Source: a virus (Duplodnaviria > Caudoviricetes). Taken from it: a DNA stretch of 63,153 bases. The notes beneath the pieces are model-generated. The model was not told where the DNA came from and made no database searches. It was given only the letters and a program-made list of their open reading frames with translations. The stretch spans positions 1 to 63,153 of the IMG/VR virus record IMGVR_UViG_3300037422_000132; one strand, 5' to 3'. Shown piece after piece: positions 47,247 through 57,454 of the stretch; the stretch's first letter is position 1; the number at the start of each line of letters is the position of its first letter. The translations under genes were made by a program, and so were the position numbers.

Positions 47247-48015
47247 ACAACGGATCGCGTCCTAGTTTCATGTTGTACCCGGCCTGAAACGCCGGCCCAA
47301 TCTCCGGGGTTCCCCAAATATTGCGGCGAACGACCATCGGAACATCAGCGCCGCCCGCCCCCTCATTGGTTTCGGTGATCTTTTCGGCGCTCTGCATGTA
47401 CTTGTTATAGGCGTTCTGATATTCGGCCATCAACGCCTCGGTCGATGTTTGCCAGTTCGCGCGCGCCTCATTGGCCAACAAGTTTAATTCCTGTTGGTGC
47501 TCTTGGCGGGCCTGGGAACCGGCCCCGGCCATCGTGGTTTCGAGCCCGGAGCCGTATCCCTGTAGCGCTTCCCGAAGCGTCATGCGGCGAACGTTCGGAT
47601 TGTCGGTGTGAACGTTCATGGCCTGCTGTACCCCTTCTTGCAGCTTTCGGATGGAAGGGGCCGCGATTTTCTGTGTCAGCGCCCGTACTGCTCGCTTGTC
47701 CACCTTGGGCATTTCGAGTTTGGGCAGGTCCGGCAATTCCGGGGCGTCCCCCATGAAACGCAAGCGCTGAACAGTTGAACGGCTGGATGATCCACCGCCG
47801 CCGCCACGAGACGAGCCGCCTCTCGATGCACCCGATTTGTTTTGAGCCTGGCGCTTTTGATCGGTCGGCGAGCCATAGGCCCATGTCCAATCATTATTCG
47901 TCATAAGTGGCCCGGAACCACGCTTGGCATCCCTCGCGTCCTCGGCGTCTTCCGAATACGTCCTGGCGTTGTAGCCGGTAAAAAGCCCGTTGCTCTGATT
48001 GTATCCCCATGCCAT
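47236..48015 (-). CDS. Putative internal virion (ejection) protein
   Basis: Gly/Ser/Gln-rich helical, Cys-free; AGGAGG RBS. Confidence 0.65.
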   Translation of the reverse strand: MAWGYNQSNGLFTGYNARTYSEDAEDARDAKRGSGPLMTNNDWTWAYGSPTDQKRQAQNKSGASRGGSSRGGGGGSSSRSTVQRLRFMGDAPELPDLPKLEMPKVDKRAVRALTQKIAAPSIRKLQEGVQQAMNVHTDNPNVRRMTLREALQGYGSGLETTMAGAGSQARQEHQQELNLLANEARANWQTSTEALMAEYQNAYNKYMQSAEKITETNEGAGGADVPMVVRRNIWGTPEIGPAFQAGYNMKLGRDPLYGY

Positions 48016-48028
48016 GTCTGGAGCCCTC

Positions 48029-48529
48029 CTATGGCCTGTTCGCTGCCGGCAGGTTTAATTGTGACCGTCGAATAGCCGCCTTCCTGGCCCTGGCTTGTTT
48101 TGCGGCGGTATCGAAAAATTCTTCAAGGTTGTAATCTCTGGCCTCATCCAGCAAGGGCCGCTCGGAATAAATCTCGTTTCCGCACCCTATCAGGTCGGCG
48201 CATTGCCAAACGCATTGGTATGGCCCGCCCACTTGAGCCCTGGGGCTGTGGTTTACTGGAAGTAAATTCATAATCAAACCACAATCGGCGCAACGTCGGC
48301 CGTGCATCTTCAGGTATTGCCGACTCTCTAAAAGCCGCTTGCCCGCTTCGATTTGCTGCCATTTGTTTTCCAGAACCGTCTGATTGATCCGCTCAACGTA
48401 CTCATCGACCGTCCAGCCGTTTGCTTGAGCGATTCGCATTACATGAGCCGCGTCCTGTAAAATACCGGGTCGAAATGCAGCAAAAACCCTATCAAAAACG
48501 TCCTTTTCAATCATCAAGAGCACCGCCAT
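48029..48529 (-). CDS. Zinc-ribbon-containing hypothetical protein
   Basis: CADCG..WQCADLIGCG. Confidence 0.65.
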   Translation of the reverse strand: MAVLLMIEKDVFDRVFAAFRPGILQDAAHVMRIAQANGWTVDEYVERINQTVLENKWQQIEAGKRLLESRQYLKMHGRRCADCGLIMNLLPVNHSPRAQVGGPYQCVWQCADLIGCGNEIYSERPLLDEARDYNLEEFFDTAAKQARARKAAIRRSQLNLPAANRP

Positions 48530-49824
48530 TCATATCCAGTAGTACGGCCGGTGCAAACGCAAACGGCCCAATAAGGATAGTCCAATTCAGTAATACACGG
48601 GACCGATCCTTCATAGTATCCACCCTCAAGGGTGACCGGACCATCAATACATGGGCTACATGGTGCCAGCCCATCGCATGCGTCGGCTCCACAAAATCCG
48701 GTACACGGCTCGCATGTTGGATAAGAAGCATTGTCACTTTTTTCGATAATCGATTCGCACATCCACTTGCCATCATAGCGATAGTGCCGCCCCCATGCGC
48801 TAAGTCCATAATCAACGCCATCCCTGGCACCGCAAATCGGGCAAATGTTATTGCCCAACGATGCCCAAACCCCCACCGTATCAACGAGGACGAATCCTTG
48901 AGCATCTTGCCCGCAATCGTCCTTGACCGTTATTGTCGCCGATCCGCAAGCGCTTGCATTGGAACTGAGCGTATTAGACGCGGTTTGCGTGACGGTCGCC
49001 GCCAACGAGAAGCCGGAGCCACTCACTATCCATTTATATGGACCCTGCCCACCGGTCGCGGCGATTGCAACCGAATCGTTTTGCCCGATAGTGGTTGCGC
49101 TGCCGGTATCGTCCCATACGAGTTCCGGCGGATCGACGCATTGCTGCACGAACCCAAGCGCCGTGCAAACGCCCTGCGTGTAGGGCTTTCCGGGCTCATT
49201 GGCCATGCCGTAGCTGCCCGTCTTTACCGTAATCAAGATGGGAATATCACCCTCCATATTCCTGTATGTGGGGTGAGCCGCTATTTGCGCGGAATCCCAT
49301 GCTTTTACAATGACCGTCCAGGTCCAGCTATTTGACCTCTTGGCCGCTGCGATATTGCCCGGCGAGTTCGACTGAAAAAGGCTAGCGGGGCCTTCGACAT
49401 AAATTTCTTTAATGCTGGCTTCCCCCAGCCCGATTACCAGCTTTGCATAGCCAAGCTCGCCCGGCGTAAGACGAATTGGAGAAATGAAGCCAGGGAAAAA
49501 CTCGCATCCTAAAAAGTCGGGATGGTTTTTTTTGGGGTCGTCGGTCCCAGGCAGAATAGGCGGATCGCCCGGATTGGTTGGGAATTCCGGCGGGGTTCCC
49601 GGAGGGGTCCGGGGAAAGCGGGGATCCCACGGGTCAAATGAATACTCCATGTCCGGGTAGCTGTCTTCCATGTAGGGCTTTTTGCTCTCGGAGTGCTTGG
49701 GCCGTGTACGCCGGTCCATCATCGCATCCGTGACCGTGTGCATTTTGTGGAAGTAGGGCTTTTTGCCGACATAAAGCCGCTTGCCGTAATCCCTGTCTCC
49801 GATCGTATTTTGTGGCTTTCCCAT
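48514..49824 (-). CDS. Tail-associated protein with Ig-like domains and Cys-rich C-terminus
   Basis: TGGQGPYKW..ATITVKDDCG Ig-like; 13 Cys in the last ~115 aa. Confidence 0.65.
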   Translation of the reverse strand: MGKPQNTIGDRDYGKRLYVGKKPYFHKMHTVTDAMMDRRTRPKHSESKKPYMEDSYPDMEYSFDPWDPRFPRTPPGTPPEFPTNPGDPPILPGTDDPKKNHPDFLGCEFFPGFISPIRLTPGELGYAKLVIGLGEASIKEIYVEGPASLFQSNSPGNIAAAKRSNSWTWTVIVKAWDSAQIAAHPTYRNMEGDIPILITVKTGSYGMANEPGKPYTQGVCTALGFVQQCVDPPELVWDDTGSATTIGQNDSVAIAATGGQGPYKWIVSGSGFSLAATVTQTASNTLSSNASACGSATITVKDDCGQDAQGFVLVDTVGVWASLGNNICPICGARDGVDYGLSAWGRHYRYDGKWMCESIIEKSDNASYPTCEPCTGFCGADACDGLAPCSPCIDGPVTLEGGYYEGSVPCITELDYPYWAVCVCTGRTTGYEWRCS

Positions 49825-50252
49825 CAGACCTTGGTGGCTTTTAGAATTCCATCCGGGTTGTCGAATCGGACATAAAAAGTGTTGCCTCCAGGATTGGCCG
49901 TTGCTCCATAGTCCAAAAGAATCAGCAAATCCTTATTGGCCAGGGTGTTGTTGTAAATGGCCACAAAACGAAACGTGTAGTTGGGGGTGTTCCAAAGCGC
50001 ATCGTTGGCGTCCCACACCAAGACCCCGCTGGAAACCGAAATAGACACGCCGCTCAGGGTAACCCCGCCGGCCGTGTAGTTGGTTCCGCTAACCTCATCG
50101 CCACTAATGTCGCTCCAAAACTCGTCGGCTGCCTCATCCGGGACGTGAGAGGCAGTTAATAGAGCCGCCTTCCACGAATGGCTATCCAGGTCGAAGCTAC
50201 CATTGAACAGCTTCGGGAGGGCCTTTTCGTAGATGAATCCTGAAGTGGCCAT
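49824..50252 (-). CDS. Minor tail or fibre-anchoring protein
   Basis: DLDSHSWKAALL..EVSGTNYTAGGVTL..WDAND family pattern. Confidence 0.7.
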   Translation of the reverse strand: MATSGFIYEKALPKLFNGSFDLDSHSWKAALLTASHVPDEAADEFWSDISGDEVSGTNYTAGGVTLSGVSISVSSGVLVWDANDALWNTPNYTFRFVAIYNNTLANKDLLILLDYGATANPGGNTFYVRFDNPDGILKATKV

Positions 50253-52297
50253 CAGACAAGCTCCGGTTTGGTGGCCGACCAAACTCCAATCGGCTTTTTA
50301 GCGTCAACGATCGACAACCTGGGTCTGGCCCCGGACCAAACCGCTTTAGGCTTGGTAGTGGCCTCAACTTCAAGAGTCGGTTTCGTTGCGCTTATTGGAC
50401 AGAATCCAATATGAGCGCTAGCAGCTTGGACTAAGCCGAAACTCCAATCTTCGCCAGTAGCGAGCCCTAGTAGAATAGCGTCAAAAATGAAATTTGACGG
50501 CGCAAGCTCAATTGTCGCGTAATCTTTAATAAGTGTGTCAAAACAAGCATTGTAAAGTGCCTTCTCCCAAGACGCCGAACGATCGATAATAGACAAACGG
50601 ACTTCTTCCAGTACCCCGTCGAAGTTTTGAGGGTTTAAACTATAGGTGTAACGACCGATCGCTGGAGTATCCGCCACTGGATTATTATTTTCCAGCGCAT
50701 TAAACGCGCTGGTGCTTTCTGCTACCTGCGAACCATTGCGATACGCCCTTATCCGATCCGTGACCGAATTTGCAGTAAGGGCGATATGCGTCCAGCCTCC
50801 GGGCGAAAGATCGGATGGGTCTGTCACGCTGTAAAAAGTGCCCATCGATGTCGCGCGCACACCCCCCATAATCCTTGTGTCGTTAGCCGCCTGGTAAGTT
50901 AAATAAAGGCCCGCTCTGGCATAGGCTTGGTTGTATGTCGAATCGTAAAAAATAAACAATGATTGGCCAGATGCCGGACGATCTTCATATTTAACGAGCG
51001 CCTCTATCGTTAAAAGGGGAAATCCGGCTGTGTTAATTCCAATCGGATCGCACGGTACATAAAGCTGAGTATTGGCGTCGTCGCTGAACACATCACTTTG
51101 CGGCGTGAAGTTATTGGTGTAGCGGGCGACATTGGAAAGCCTGATCTCGCTAAAATACCCGCCCACTGAACTGGCGGCGCCGCTATAGTTAATGACGAAA
51201 CCTCCATTTCGATTCGAGGTTGAAGAACTATTGCTGACACTTCCTTTTTCAACGCCGTTCCAGAAAATCTTGAAGGTGTTTCCGCTGCGAACCAGCGCGA
51301 TGTGATTGAAAACAGAATCGCTGTACGAGGTTCCGATCTGAACGTTTAGATCGATGACGGCCGATCCAGAATTTTGGTCAAGATAAAAAAGGCGGTAGTC
51401 ACTGTTGGTCTGCTTTCTGAATCCGAGAAGCCAATAGTTATTGGCATCGTCATATTGGCCAACGAGTGCCGCCGAAAAAACAGGGGATTGTATTGCAATG
51501 CTGACGCTCATCCACCACAATTCTAATGTAAAATCTCCGGTGCCGCCGCCCAACTGCCAAGCGGCCTCATCGCTAAAGTAAGGCCCTGTAACGGCAGGCA
51601 CATAAAGGCTGCCCCTGCTTTTGCTAAACGGTCGCGGAGTAAAATAGTTGTTGCCTGCCAGGTAGGCCGGCGTCCTGGCGTAACTCGATCTGTCCTTAAA
51701 AGAGGCGGCCTTCGAGAAAGTGATATACTGATTGGAACCACGCTCCAGGTCGTACCCTTTAGCCAGCTTGCCAGTTACGAGCGCCGGAGAATTCTGCGGC
51801 GTACCATGCCCGGCGACTGACCAATTGTTCGACGAGTTCTTTACTGAATCCGCGCCTCCGGGAGATTGGTTCAGGTGCCACACGCCGATATGGTGTTCAT
51901 CCCACGCTTTCCACGCGATCCCGGTATTCGTGAGGTCAACATACGCGGTGTTGTTGGCCTTGAGGGGGTCAAAGTATAGGTACAAAACAGTGTCGGCTGT
52001 GTCGTCGATCGATGGGACTTTAGCCCACAATACCGCCAACTCATTCGCGTTGTCCCAATAAGCAACCTCGACATAACACTGAGTTTCACCGTCGGCCAGC
52101 GTCACGGCTATCTTTAGACTGTTGGCGCCAAGATCGTCAAAAACTGCCGTTACGTCGTCGGCCCCCGATCCGGCCGCTGCCGATAGCCGCAACGGAACAG
52201 TAAAATCAGTCAGATCGGCGTCGATCTTGTCGGCGTCGATCGTTATGGCAATCCGTTTCGCCCACGCGCTGCCTATGCTTTCACCAAGCCAAGCCAT
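50252..52297 (-). CDS. DUF2341 + LamG (concanavalin A-like) receptor-binding protein
   Basis: DADLTDFTV..LWAKVP..LYLYFD; two HIAL..NG..E(I/V)RLS LamG cores. Confidence 0.85.
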   Translation of the reverse strand: MAWLGESIGSAWAKRIAITIDADKIDADLTDFTVPLRLSAAAGSGADDVTAVFDDLGANSLKIAVTLADGETQCYVEVAYWDNANELAVLWAKVPSIDDTADTVLYLYFDPLKANNTAYVDLTNTGIAWKAWDEHHIGVWHLNQSPGGADSVKNSSNNWSVAGHGTPQNSPALVTGKLAKGYDLERGSNQYITFSKAASFKDRSSYARTPAYLAGNNYFTPRPFSKSRGSLYVPAVTGPYFSDEAAWQLGGGTGDFTLELWWMSVSIAIQSPVFSAALVGQYDDANNYWLLGFRKQTNSDYRLFYLDQNSGSAVIDLNVQIGTSYSDSVFNHIALVRSGNTFKIFWNGVEKGSVSNSSSTSNRNGGFVINYSGAASSVGGYFSEIRLSNVARYTNNFTPQSDVFSDDANTQLYVPCDPIGINTAGFPLLTIEALVKYEDRPASGQSLFIFYDSTYNQAYARAGLYLTYQAANDTRIMGGVRATSMGTFYSVTDPSDLSPGGWTHIALTANSVTDRIRAYRNGSQVAESTSAFNALENNNPVADTPAIGRYTYSLNPQNFDGVLEEVRLSIIDRSASWEKALYNACFDTLIKDYATIELAPSNFIFDAILLGLATGEDWSFGLVQAASAHIGFCPISATKPTLEVEATTKPKAVWSGARPRLSIVDAKKPIGVWSATKPELV

Positions 52298-52635
52298 CAG
52301 CCGCCTATCCTTGGTTGAATATCAAACCGTGCCTGCAAAGAAAAACTTTTCCCGGCGCCGTACAGAACGGACGTATAGGTTCCCCAGCATGTAATGATCC
52401 GCGCCGCGATGTCGTTTCCAACAACGTCCAAATCGCCGCCCGAAAGCTGCAAGGTCAACGTATCATCCGGGCTGGCTACGGTTACCTGGGTTCGCCCGTT
52501 AATCACGTTCCCGAATAGGTCGGTCAGTTTCCAATAAAGCGTGTCCGGCGTGAACGGATCGTTCAATTCATCCATGAAGGCCACGGTTGGGAAAAAGCTG
52601 CTGCCCTCGTCGGCCTTTTCTTCGATAACCTGCAT
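52297..52635 (-). CDS. Small beta-sandwich structural protein
   Basis: GGAGG RBS; beta-strand pattern; tail region. Confidence 0.65.
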   Translation of the reverse strand: MQVIEEKADEGSSFFPTVAFMDELNDPFTPDTLYWKLTDLFGNVINGRTQVTVASPDDTLTLQLSGGDLDVVGNDIAARIITCWGTYTSVLYGAGKSFSLQARFDIQPRIGG

Positions 52636-52899
52636 TTACTTTCCCTCCTTCATAGGAAGGCCGTGAACGGGCTTTTTCCAAAACCCGGAAGTGTTTAGCG
52701 GCGGCTCTTTGCCGATCTCCTTGCACTCGAAGAATTGCCGTCGCCAGGGTTTTGTAACGTCCACCGTCTTAGGGGCCGGCGGTTTTTCTATCTTGCTTCC
52801 CATAGCTTCGTTCCTAATCCAATCTCGTAAACTTTCATGCCGTTGACGGTTGAGGAATGGCTCAATTCGAGCGTCATTAAATCGCTCGTCAGGTCGCAT
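52636..52899 (-). CDS. Hypothetical protein
   Basis: Fills gap; overlaps the 3' end of the nozzle gene; start uncertain. Confidence 0.4.
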   Translation of the reverse strand: MRPDERFNDARIEPFLNRQRHESLRDWIRNEAMGSKIEKPPAPKTVDVTKPWRRQFFECKEIGKEPPLNTSGFWKKPVHGLPMKEGK

Positions 52900-55199
52900 G
52901 AAAACCTATGCCGCCTGGTGGTATCGCTCGCCCGCTCCGGGACCATCGTAAGCTGCTTCGTCCACTTGAGGCGTTCATTTTCGTAAGCAGACAGCATCAT
53001 CGAGCCGGTCACTTGCGCGGCCATCCTAAGCAAAATCTCATGGATGTTCACCACGAGGGCCTTGTAGTTGACAACAATTTCGATTAGGGCGCGTATGGCT
53101 ACGGTTACGTCGGCAGTCCCGTAATTCAGTTGAAAAATATACCCGTCCATTCCGCCGCCCACGGCGACAATCGGGGACTGCCCGGAGCCAGCTTCCACGC
53201 TCGTCATGCACGATAGGGCCTGCGCCGGGGTATCGAAGCTCCAGGTCTTCGTCACCAAATCGAGTACGGGGAAAACATTGCAAACCGTCGCGGTATCCCC
53301 GCTCACGAGTCCTATGCGGATCACATTGTATGCCGGGTCGTGTTCCAACCACATTTCTTTCTCGTAGCCATAGCGGATACACTCCGGCTTGGTAGGATCA
53401 AAATAATTCTGGATGTCGTCGGACGTGATCGAGATGGTCATTCCGTCGCAAGCGCATACTCCGTAACGGCTGAGGAAGAAGGCGAGCGTCTTGATGGTTT
53501 CTTCGGTCGCGGTCGCGGTCATTACGCCGTCCACCACGGTCATGGACTGCGCGTTGAAGCTGCCGATCTTGGAAGACAGGACCAACTTGCCGAAGGTGGC
53601 CGGCGAATAGCCCTCGAACAAGGTCACGCATCCACCCTCAACGCCCAATTCCTCTTGCCAAACCATAAGTTCATTGTGGAACTTCTTCATGCCCACAATC
53701 CGGTTGGCGCGGCCGTCGCCCGCTTTCAGAATCCCGAAATCTTGACCGTTCAGGACCAACGGAGCGTCTTTCGCCGCAACATAGATGTACTGCCCCCAAC
53801 GGTCGAACGAGTAGCAAGCCCGGTCCTTCCACACGGCATTGGTGTAGGAATTGCCCAACTCGGCAATGTCGAAGTAGGGCATCCCCTGAACCTCGACCAC
53901 TGTATCGGCCGCCATGTTCACGGACCAAATGATTTCGTACCAATAAGCTTGGTAAATGCTGGTGTGAAGTTGAAGCGGCTGGGCCGGACAACGCGCAAAC
54001 GTGATCCAGCCGGCTTGACTCACGCCCGCTGATCCGTCGGTGATCGTTCCCACGGAGGTCCATGCCGCCCCGTTCCAGTATTTCAAGCTGGAAATGCTGT
54101 TGCCGGTCGTGGTCGGCGTCCCGCCGGGGTTGATGTAGATGCCCTCAACGGGGTCCGTAAAAGCCACATACAGCTTTTTACCAGAAACGAACCCATCCAG
54201 GTCCACGGCGCCAGCCGCATAAGTCTCGAAAACGCTGTCACCCTCGACTTGCGCCTCGACCGCATAGACCACGGCTCCGTCCCACACGTTGATAATGGAT
54301 TGCCAGGGAGACGAAAACGTGACGGCCGAAAGCTCGACCTCGGAATCCAAAACCGCCGATACCCGAATCTGATACCAAAACCCGCACGAGCCGAAAGCGT
54401 ATTTGGGCATGATGTCAGTTGGAAGCGTCCAGCTAATCGTGCCGGTTTGCGCCAGGGTGGCGCCGCCGGAAGCGGTCCCATCGGACAGCCCCGATACGGC
54501 CGTCCAAGTGTGATCGTTTTTCCAGTAGTAAACTGAAATGGTCGCGGCGCTGCCATTGGCTTTCCCGGTCGCCACGGTTACGCCGATCGCATTGCACGGC
54601 ACGGGGGAACGAAAAAACACGCAATCATAGTTGGCGTAGGTGTCCAGGCTGTCCAGAATGGCAACCAGCGCATCATCAGCGCTGATAACGTGGTCGGAGT
54701 AATCCTCGCCGCCTTGGGGAACGTCCGGTATCGCGGCTGCGCCTTTGAAAACAATAAGTTTTTCAATTGGACTCGACGTGCCGCCGTAGATTTGGTGCTG
54801 ATTCTTGCCATTCGAAAACAGCATCTTGTCGCCGATGTTGCCCCAGCTTGCAGGGATTTGCCCGGAGGAAGCACCATCAAAGACCTCGGTGCCGAACGTT
54901 GATCCTGAAACGGTCGGCGGATTGTTTGTCGCTTCGATAACGTCGCCATCGCTCATTTGAGCGAAAAAGTGCTTTTCGGAGGTCTGCGTCTTTCTGAATT
55001 GATAGAGGCTGAGCGTCTTGTTTGTCCCTTCGGATGTCGCGTGAAGCCGGCGCTGACCCTTGCGCTGTTCGAAACCCGGATGGGTGTTGCGCACGTTCTG
55101 AAGTAAAGAAAAAGCGCCGAAGGGCAGAAGGGCCTTGTCCCTTACAGTGACGCACCCCCCACGCAACGCCTTGGCATCTATCTTCGTCAGGTCTTTCAT
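52788..55199 (-). CDS. Tail nozzle / head-stabilisation protein (P22 gp10 / T7 gp12-like)
   Basis: ~800-aa beta-propeller-like protein after the adaptor; LLQNV..GFEQRKG N-terminus. Confidence 0.7.
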   Translation of the reverse strand: MKDLTKIDAKALRGGCVTVRDKALLPFGAFSLLQNVRNTHPGFEQRKGQRRLHATSEGTNKTLSLYQFRKTQTSEKHFFAQMSDGDVIEATNNPPTVSGSTFGTEVFDGASSGQIPASWGNIGDKMLFSNGKNQHQIYGGTSSPIEKLIVFKGAAAIPDVPQGGEDYSDHVISADDALVAILDSLDTYANYDCVFFRSPVPCNAIGVTVATGKANGSAATISVYYWKNDHTWTAVSGLSDGTASGGATLAQTGTISWTLPTDIMPKYAFGSCGFWYQIRVSAVLDSEVELSAVTFSSPWQSIINVWDGAVVYAVEAQVEGDSVFETYAAGAVDLDGFVSGKKLYVAFTDPVEGIYINPGGTPTTTGNSISSLKYWNGAAWTSVGTITDGSAGVSQAGWITFARCPAQPLQLHTSIYQAYWYEIIWSVNMAADTVVEVQGMPYFDIAELGNSYTNAVWKDRACYSFDRWGQYIYVAAKDAPLVLNGQDFGILKAGDGRANRIVGMKKFHNELMVWQEELGVEGGCVTLFEGYSPATFGKLVLSSKIGSFNAQSMTVVDGVMTATATEETIKTLAFFLSRYGVCACDGMTISITSDDIQNYFDPTKPECIRYGYEKEMWLEHDPAYNVIRIGLVSGDTATVCNVFPVLDLVTKTWSFDTPAQALSCMTSVEAGSGQSPIVAVGGGMDGYIFQLNYGTADVTVAIRALIEIVVNYKALVVNIHEILLRMAAQVTGSMMLSAYENERLKWTKQLTMVPERASDTTRRHRFSCDLTSDLMTLELSHSSTVNGMKVYEIGLGTKLWEAR

Positions 55200-56059
55200 T
55201 AGAAAATGACTCCACCCGCCTTTGGCTCGAAGCTCGTAAACATTTCCTCCCAATCAGTATCATCGTTGGTCGGAGTGGCGTTTTCGCGGAACAAAGACAG
55301 GAACAAGTCCTGATAGGCAGCCATTTCGTTCTTGGTTAGTTTTTCCTTGGAGACAGGGTGAATTTTGCAAGCGATCAACGCTTTTGGGGCGATTAGGGCA
55401 TGCGCCCAATCGGGGATTTCCGGGACCAAGCCATAGAGGTCGGCCGCCGCTGCGGTGCCTGCAATGGTGGCAACCCTGGCGGACGTGTAGGCTGAAACGG
55501 TCGAAAACCAATCCCCGTTGACACACTCCAAGATCATGCCGTTAAAATAGTCTGTGATCTTGGGCGCATGCTTCGCATCCAGGGTGATGGAGTTCACCCC
55601 TCCGGCCGAGGCCCTGCCCATGTGGATGTTACGAGGTTTGGTTTTGTAAATAAGGCTGTAAGGTGTGGTGATGCCGGCCTGGTCCAGAACAATGGTGCGG
55701 CCCTGCATGTAATAAAGTCGCTCGGAGCCCCGCGCGTCGTTCAAGCGCCGCTCTTGCTGGTCAATGGGGTAAACCCGTTGACCGTATTGATCCCGTAGCA
55801 AAATCAGCTTCCCGTAATCCGCTGGAAGCGTGATGGTCGAGTCTATCGGGGTTACGGAAGATTGCTTGGTAAACTCGCTGGGGCGTCGCTTGGCGATCAA
55901 AGCGAATAGCTCTTTGATCGTGTTGTTGATCTGCGTTATGATGTAATCGTTTCTGAACGCCCCAACGTTGTCGTCCCCGGATGCAAGCGCGTCGTCGTAT
56001 TCGTTCAGCCCTTGGCGCACCTCCCGGACCAATTCATGACAATTTTTGTAGGTCGGCAT
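55199..56059 (-). CDS. Head-tail adaptor protein
   Basis: ELVREVRQGLNE..ITQIN..TLPADY..PEIPDWAHALI pattern; position. Confidence 0.7.
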   Translation of the reverse strand: MPTYKNCHELVREVRQGLNEYDDALASGDDNVGAFRNDYIITQINNTIKELFALIAKRRPSEFTKQSSVTPIDSTITLPADYGKLILLRDQYGQRVYPIDQQERRLNDARGSERLYYMQGRTIVLDQAGITTPYSLIYKTKPRNIHMGRASAGGVNSITLDAKHAPKITDYFNGMILECVNGDWFSTVSAYTSARVATIAGTAAAADLYGLVPEIPDWAHALIAPKALIACKIHPVSKEKLTKNEMAAYQDLFLSLFRENATPTNDDTDWEEMFTSFEPKAGGVIF

Positions 56060-56080
56060 CGCGTCCTCATGGTGGATACC

Positions 56081-56839
56081 CTATACAGGAAGTGAAGCGG
56101 TGGCCTCAAGGGCTGTTGCCGGGTAAGGCTCGTTGTAAAGCCGCTCAAACTTCTCTTTGATTTCGGCCTGAATATCGGCCGGGTATCCCTGGATGATTTC
56201 AAAATTTCTCCCAACCCAATTGGCGAAGTGGGTCCGGTTAATGCCCTTGTAAACCCGCCGAACGTCTTCCCAATCGTCTTTCTTTTCGGCGCCATCGCCG
56301 TTTCCGCCAGCGTTCGCGCTCGTGACAAGCAGCTTTTGCATGATCCGGCGCATTTCGGAAATCTCGTTCTGCATCGCTTCGTTGGCTTTGCGCATTTCAG
56401 AAATCATGTCGTCCTTCTCCTGTACTTTCTGGAGAAGCTCGGCCGTGGCTTGTCCTTCCTGGTTCTTGCTGGAATAGGGTTCGTAAAGTTCAAGGCCCAA
56501 CTCCCGCGCGTATTCTTTCAAGAAGGGTTCGGGGGTGAGGTAGGGAAGTCGCCGCTGCTGTTGCCGGTCATTGATCGCGTTGAAGTCCATAACCTGCTTG
56601 CGCTTGAAAGCCCGATTGCGCTCCCTCCCAATTTCGGCCTTTCGACGTTTGCCGGCGAAGTTGTCGGCGTCGTCACCGAATTCCAACTCCACGAGCCCGC
56701 GCGGCGCCAGCACGTTCAGCACTTGTCGGCCGCGCTGGTCGTCCACCTTGACCATCGCTTCGGGCGCGAGGATCACGTCTTCGCCAACGTACATGGTTCT
56801 CAGTTCTTCATTGGTCGGGTTGTAAAGGATCTTGCTCAT
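56081..56839 (-). CDS. Hypothetical coiled-coil protein
   Basis: GGAGG RBS; head module. Confidence 0.75.
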   Translation of the reverse strand: MSKILYNPTNEELRTMYVGEDVILAPEAMVKVDDQRGRQVLNVLAPRGLVELEFGDDADNFAGKRRKAEIGRERNRAFKRKQVMDFNAINDRQQQRRLPYLTPEPFLKEYARELGLELYEPYSSKNQEGQATAELLQKVQEKDDMISEMRKANEAMQNEISEMRRIMQKLLVTSANAGGNGDGAEKKDDWEDVRRVYKGINRTHFANWVGRNFEIIQGYPADIQAEIKEKFERLYNEPYPATALEATASLPV

Positions 56840-56902
56840 TTGGTCCCTCCGTGCTTTCCCGTCAAAGGTGCATCATTGCATCAAGGACGGAAAAAATTTG
56901 GT

Positions 56903-57334
56903 TTAACGAAATACCTGCCCCCTGGGAGCGAGGTTGATACGCCTGAAAACAGAATTATTCTTGCCCCCGGCATTGGCCAGCCGGGCGAACGCCGGCATAA
57001 GCTGCCGCCGATCGTCTTTGGTCATGTTGCGGAAATTGTCCCGTGCTGTTCGCCTGGATTTCGCCCGCTCGTCCTCCATATGTTTTGCCACTTGCTTGAG
57101 GCGGTCTTTCATCGAAACCCGTTGAAGGTCGCCGCGCTGTAAAGCTTCGATGTCGCGGTCATTGGGCCATCGGAATCCACCGGCCGCGCTCTCGATCAAG
57201 AGAACGTTGACCGGATCGCCGATCGGGCGCTGGTAGGTAATCACAAAATGCTGGTGGCTCGGTTCGTACTTGCAACCCAATTTCGGATCAAGCCGCTTGA
57301 GTTTTTTCAAGAAGGATGATTCGGGCTGGTACAT
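56903..57334 (-). CDS. Hypothetical protein
   Basis: GAGG RBS; FLKKLKRLDPKL motif; head module. Confidence 0.75.
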   Translation of the reverse strand: MYQPESSFLKKLKRLDPKLGCKYEPSHQHFVITYQRPIGDPVNVLLIESAAGGFRWPNDRDIEALQRGDLQRVSMKDRLKQVAKHMEDERAKSRRTARDNFRNMTKDDRRQLMPAFARLANAGGKNNSVFRRINLAPRGQVFR

Positions 57335-57356
57335 GGTGAACCTCTTGAGGTTTTAT

Positions 57357-57454
57357 ACCGGAGGGGGTTTGAAACCCCGGCAGGGAAGCTCTTGCCCCCT
57401 CCGGTTGCCAAGAAAGGAGGTACTTACCCTTAACAGGTATGCCTCCCGTTAAGG
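57357..57454 (-). other. Structured intergenic RNA (two hairpins flanking ACCUCCUUUCU)
   Basis: Stems 57357-57405 and 57428-57454; a G-U pair favours the minus strand. Confidence 0.5.

Noticed and set aside
48514-52297. Possible diversity-generating retroelement target in tail or adhesin genes
   Set aside because: No reverse transcriptase and no template/variable repeat pair seen
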